Shown: in pieces, positions 26,215-28,777 of the stretch | Numbering within the stretch: position 1 is the stretch's first letter | How the letters are laid out: each line of letters opens with the position of its first letter | DNA from: Candidatus Zixiibacteriota bacterium | Lineage (GTDB): Bacteria; Zixibacteria; MSB-5A5; CAIYYT01 | DNA length: 28,777 nucleotides | Direction: 5' to 3' | Assembly (NCBI GenBank): GCA_040235515.1 | Contig: JBECKX010000060.1 | Span: forward strand, 1-28,777 | Notes under the pieces: generated by a model | The model's input: only the letters and a program-made list of their open reading frames with translations | Told to the model about the DNA's origin: nothing | Databases searched by the model: none | Made by a program: the position numbers and the translations under genes

Positions 26215-28777
26215 TTAGATTGAGTACTTCAGGCCGAGTGACCACGAAGTCCCGATTTCATGTTTGTAGCGAATGTATTCCGTGCCAACGAACGTCTGGG
26301 ACTCGATATAGTCGGCGCCCAGAACATTCTTGACCGCACCCTTAACCGTAACCGGTCCCCAGAGACGCTGTGATGCCGTGAGATTGAGCAGGTCACGGGC
26401 GCGCTCGTAAACATCAGGCTTGTTGAACGAAACCTCGGTGAGGCGATCACCAAACCTATTGTAGAGCACCGCCACTTCCGTACCGGTATCGAGGTTGCCG
26501 TAGCTGAGATCAAGGTTGATCACGTACGGTGACTGACCGGAGAAGTCACGGGTATCGGGATAATTGGGGTCGAATGCGCGATAGATTGCCAGTTCGCCCG
26601 GCTCGAGGTCGACCTCGGACTTGACCAGCGTGATGTTGCCGGACAATGTCAGGTTATTGAGCATACCGATACCGGTATGATCGAGGCGGCGGCGGAACTC
26701 CAGCTCCATGCCGATAACGCGGGCATTGTGGACGTTCGCATACTGAATGTCACCATTGACACTCTTCTCGGCGCGTTCGATCGGATCGGTGAAGTGCTTG
26801 TAGAAACCACTGAGCGCGAGCACTTCGCCCGGACGAGTGAACCACTCCCAGCGCAGGTCGTAGTTGCGAACCAGGGTACGGCTCAACTCGGGGTTGCCGA
26901 TCAGATTCACATCATTGATGAATTCGAAGCTGTAAAACGGCGCCATTTCACGCAGGGTGGGACGCGCCAGCGTGATGCTGTAAGCACCACGGAAGTTCAT
27001 GTTCGCCTTCAGGTGGTAGACGATATTCGCCGACGGCAGCCAATCACCACCATCGATCTCTCCCCTGAGACCGCTCTTCGACTCCACCCATTGATCGGTG
27101 TATTCAAAGCGGGCGCCGGAGATGATCTCCAGTCGCTTCGTGATCGGGAGTTCCAGCATCGCGTAACCGGCGCTGATATCCTGCTGACCGACGTAGGAAT
27201 CTCTGCCATTTTGCGCCGCCTGAACCGTGATACCGAAGACGTAGCGAGTGGTGCCACCAAGCTCGCGCGTGCCGATCACGCCGACGTTGGCAGGATCGAG
27301 GTATGCATCGGGATCACCGTTGTACCTGACCGTGGCAGAGTTGTTGTTGTACATCTTCTGCTGCCATTCGTTCTGCACGCGGTCTTTTTTGACGAAGAGT
27401 CCGCCGAGTTTGAACTTGGCTGAGTTGCTGGAATTGCCCGACAGCGGAATCGTGATGTCGGCGCCATACTCGTCGTTGCTCTCGGTAAGATCGCGATAGT
27501 AATGTGTCGGCAGGTCGTAGAGATTCGGCTGGATCCCCCAGATGATCTGGCCGTCGACGCTGTCGCCTGAGTCGCTGAAGAAGCGCAGATCAGGCTGATC
27601 CTGCTTGTTCTCCGCAAAGGACACGTGCCAGTCGGCGCGGGTGTGACCGAGGAGCGGCAGCAGGTGATCACCACTAACCTGGTAGCTGGTCATCGATCGC
27701 TCGGTATACTCGAGAGCGCGGGCGCGATAGGTCGTGCCGACGCCGATGTTATCAACGTATCCCTGAACGAAGCGCGCAAGCTTCTCACCCGACTGATTGC
27801 GGGCATAATTGAACTTCAGCTTGCTCGACTCGCTCAACCTGAGATTGGCGGCAATCAATCCGCCCCAGAGCACGTCGTTGCTTGACTTGGTGTCTACCAG
27901 GTTTGCGTAGGGTGTCAGAATAGTGTTCTTGTCGGTGTCAAGACTCCCCTGCCAGACATTGCGCGCGCCATCGGTGTAATTCGAAGTCTTGCGACTGTAG
28001 GACATGCTGGCAAGAACCCCCAACGGGCGTCCCCAGAGCGAATAGAGATTACCGAATGAGAGTGCGTAACTCTGATCGATTGGCGCCTTGCGCTCATCGG
28101 GTGTGAAATCAGGGTTTAACTGATTGACGATTCCTTCATAGCGATACGCCGCTGCGGAGTCCGTCTGGATTTGTGTGTAGTGCGGCAATTCGCCGTTGAC
28201 GTCTTTGAGGTCCTGCGGCATGTCGTAGAAGTTGCCAGCAAACCCCGCCCATTCCTGGGGTGGTCCGGGGTGCGTCAGCACCGTCTTGCCAGTCGACTCA
28301 GTGTTGTAACCCAACGAGGATGAGAATGAAAGCGTCAGCTTCTCCGGAAGGTCCTTGGTGTTGAGGTTGATGGAGCCGCCGGTAAAGTTTCCCGGAAGGT
28401 CGGGTGTAAAAGTCTTGTTCACGACAATGTTGTCGAGCATGCTGGTCGGAATCAAATCCATCTGAACCGCGGGACGATCGGGGTCGGTCGAGGGAAGCTG
28501 TGAGCCGTTGAGAGATGTGCTGGAGTAGCGGCCTGTCAATCCACGAATAGCGGCATACTTGCCACCAATCACGGTGGCACCGGTGACCTTGCTCATCGCC
28601 GAGGCGGCATCACCCGCGCCGGAACGCGAAATCGCTTCCGACGATATGGCATCAGATACCTTGTTTGAGAGCTGGCGATCCTTCAGGATCGATGCTTCCG
28701 TATTCTGCACACGCTCAGCTTCAACGATGTCGACGATCCCGGACTCCACGACTTCCGAGGCAAGCGTGATATCGAGC
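26215..28777 (-). CDS. TonB-dependent receptor; partial, 5' end lies beyond the right edge
   Basis: The frame stays open past 28749 to the window edge (LDITLASEVVESG). Plug motifs IRGLTGRYS and NKTFTPDLPGNFTGGSINL; IGNPEL...NYDLRWEWF; beta-signal-like end SLGLKYSI. Confidence 0.95.
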   Translation of the reverse strand, partial: LDITLASEVVESGIVDIVEAERVQNTEASILKDRQLSNKVSDAISSEAISRSGAGDAASAMSKVTGATVIGGKYAAIRGLTGRYSSTSLNGSQLPSTDPDRPAVQMDLIPTSMLDNIVVNKTFTPDLPGNFTGGSINLNTKDLPEKLTLSFSSSLGYNTESTGKTVLTHPGPPQEWAGFAGNFYDMPQDLKDVNGELPHYTQIQTDSAAAYRYEGIVNQLNPDFTPDERKAPIDQSYALSFGNLYSLWGRPLGVLASMSYSRKTSNYTDGARNVWQGSLDTDKNTILTPYANLVDTKSSNDVLWGGLIAANLRLSESSKLKFNYARNQSGEKLARFVQGYVDNIGVGTTYRARALEYTERSMTSYQVSGDHLLPLLGHTRADWHVSFAENKQDQPDLRFFSDSGDSVDGQIIWGIQPNLYDLPTHYYRDLTESNDEYGADITIPLSGNSSNSAKFKLGGLFVKKDRVQNEWQQKMYNNNSATVRYNGDPDAYLDPANVGVIGTRELGGTTRYVFGITVQAAQNGRDSYVGQQDISAGYAMLELPITKRLEIISGARFEYTDQWVESKSGLRGEIDGGDWLPSANIVYHLKANMNFRGAYSITLARPTLREMAPFYSFEFINDVNLIGNPELSRTLVRNYDLRWEWFTRPGEVLALSGFYKHFTDPIERAEKSVNGDIQYANVHNARVIGMELEFRRRLDHTGIGMLNNLTLSGNITLVKSEVDLEPGELAIYRAFDPNYPDTRDFSGQSPYVINLDLSYGNLDTGTEVAVLYNRFGDRLTEVSFNKPDVYERARDLLNLTASQRLWGPVTVKGAVKNVLGADYIESQTFVGTEYIRYKHEIGTSWSLGLKYSI

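Overview
Bacterial chromosomal window with almost all genes on the minus strand. A C-terminal 'CGDADCSGAISIGDAVFIINYIFGGGPAP' dockerin-like domain, TonB-dependent receptors and a multiheme cytochrome suggest a diderm anaerobe of the FCB radiation, most likely Zixibacteria (inference). Left to right: (1) the 5' part of a TonB-dependent receptor that the ORF track missed; (2) a lipoate-ligase-family gene; (3) a 973-aa TPR-GAF-sigma54 AAA+ activator preceded by a small secreted-protein gene with its own sigma70 promoter, the best candidate for an undescribed system (RRNPP-like peptide signalling wired to sigma54); (4) the yceD-rpmF-plsX-fabH-fabD-fabG-acpP-fabF-rnc cluster ending in etfB with no adjacent etfA; (5) a VOC gene and a mosaic REP array with a 147-bp tandem duplication; (6) hbd-ackA; (7) a DUF2905-like gene; (8) an HmcABC/HybAB-like operon (4Fe-4S protein, NrfD-type membrane protein, cytochrome c with 13 CXXCH motifs) with Rex/CRP-type boxes; (9) a second TonB receptor followed by an internally duplicated, dockerin-tagged secreted protein. 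No rRNA, tRNA, CRISPR array or transposase was seen.
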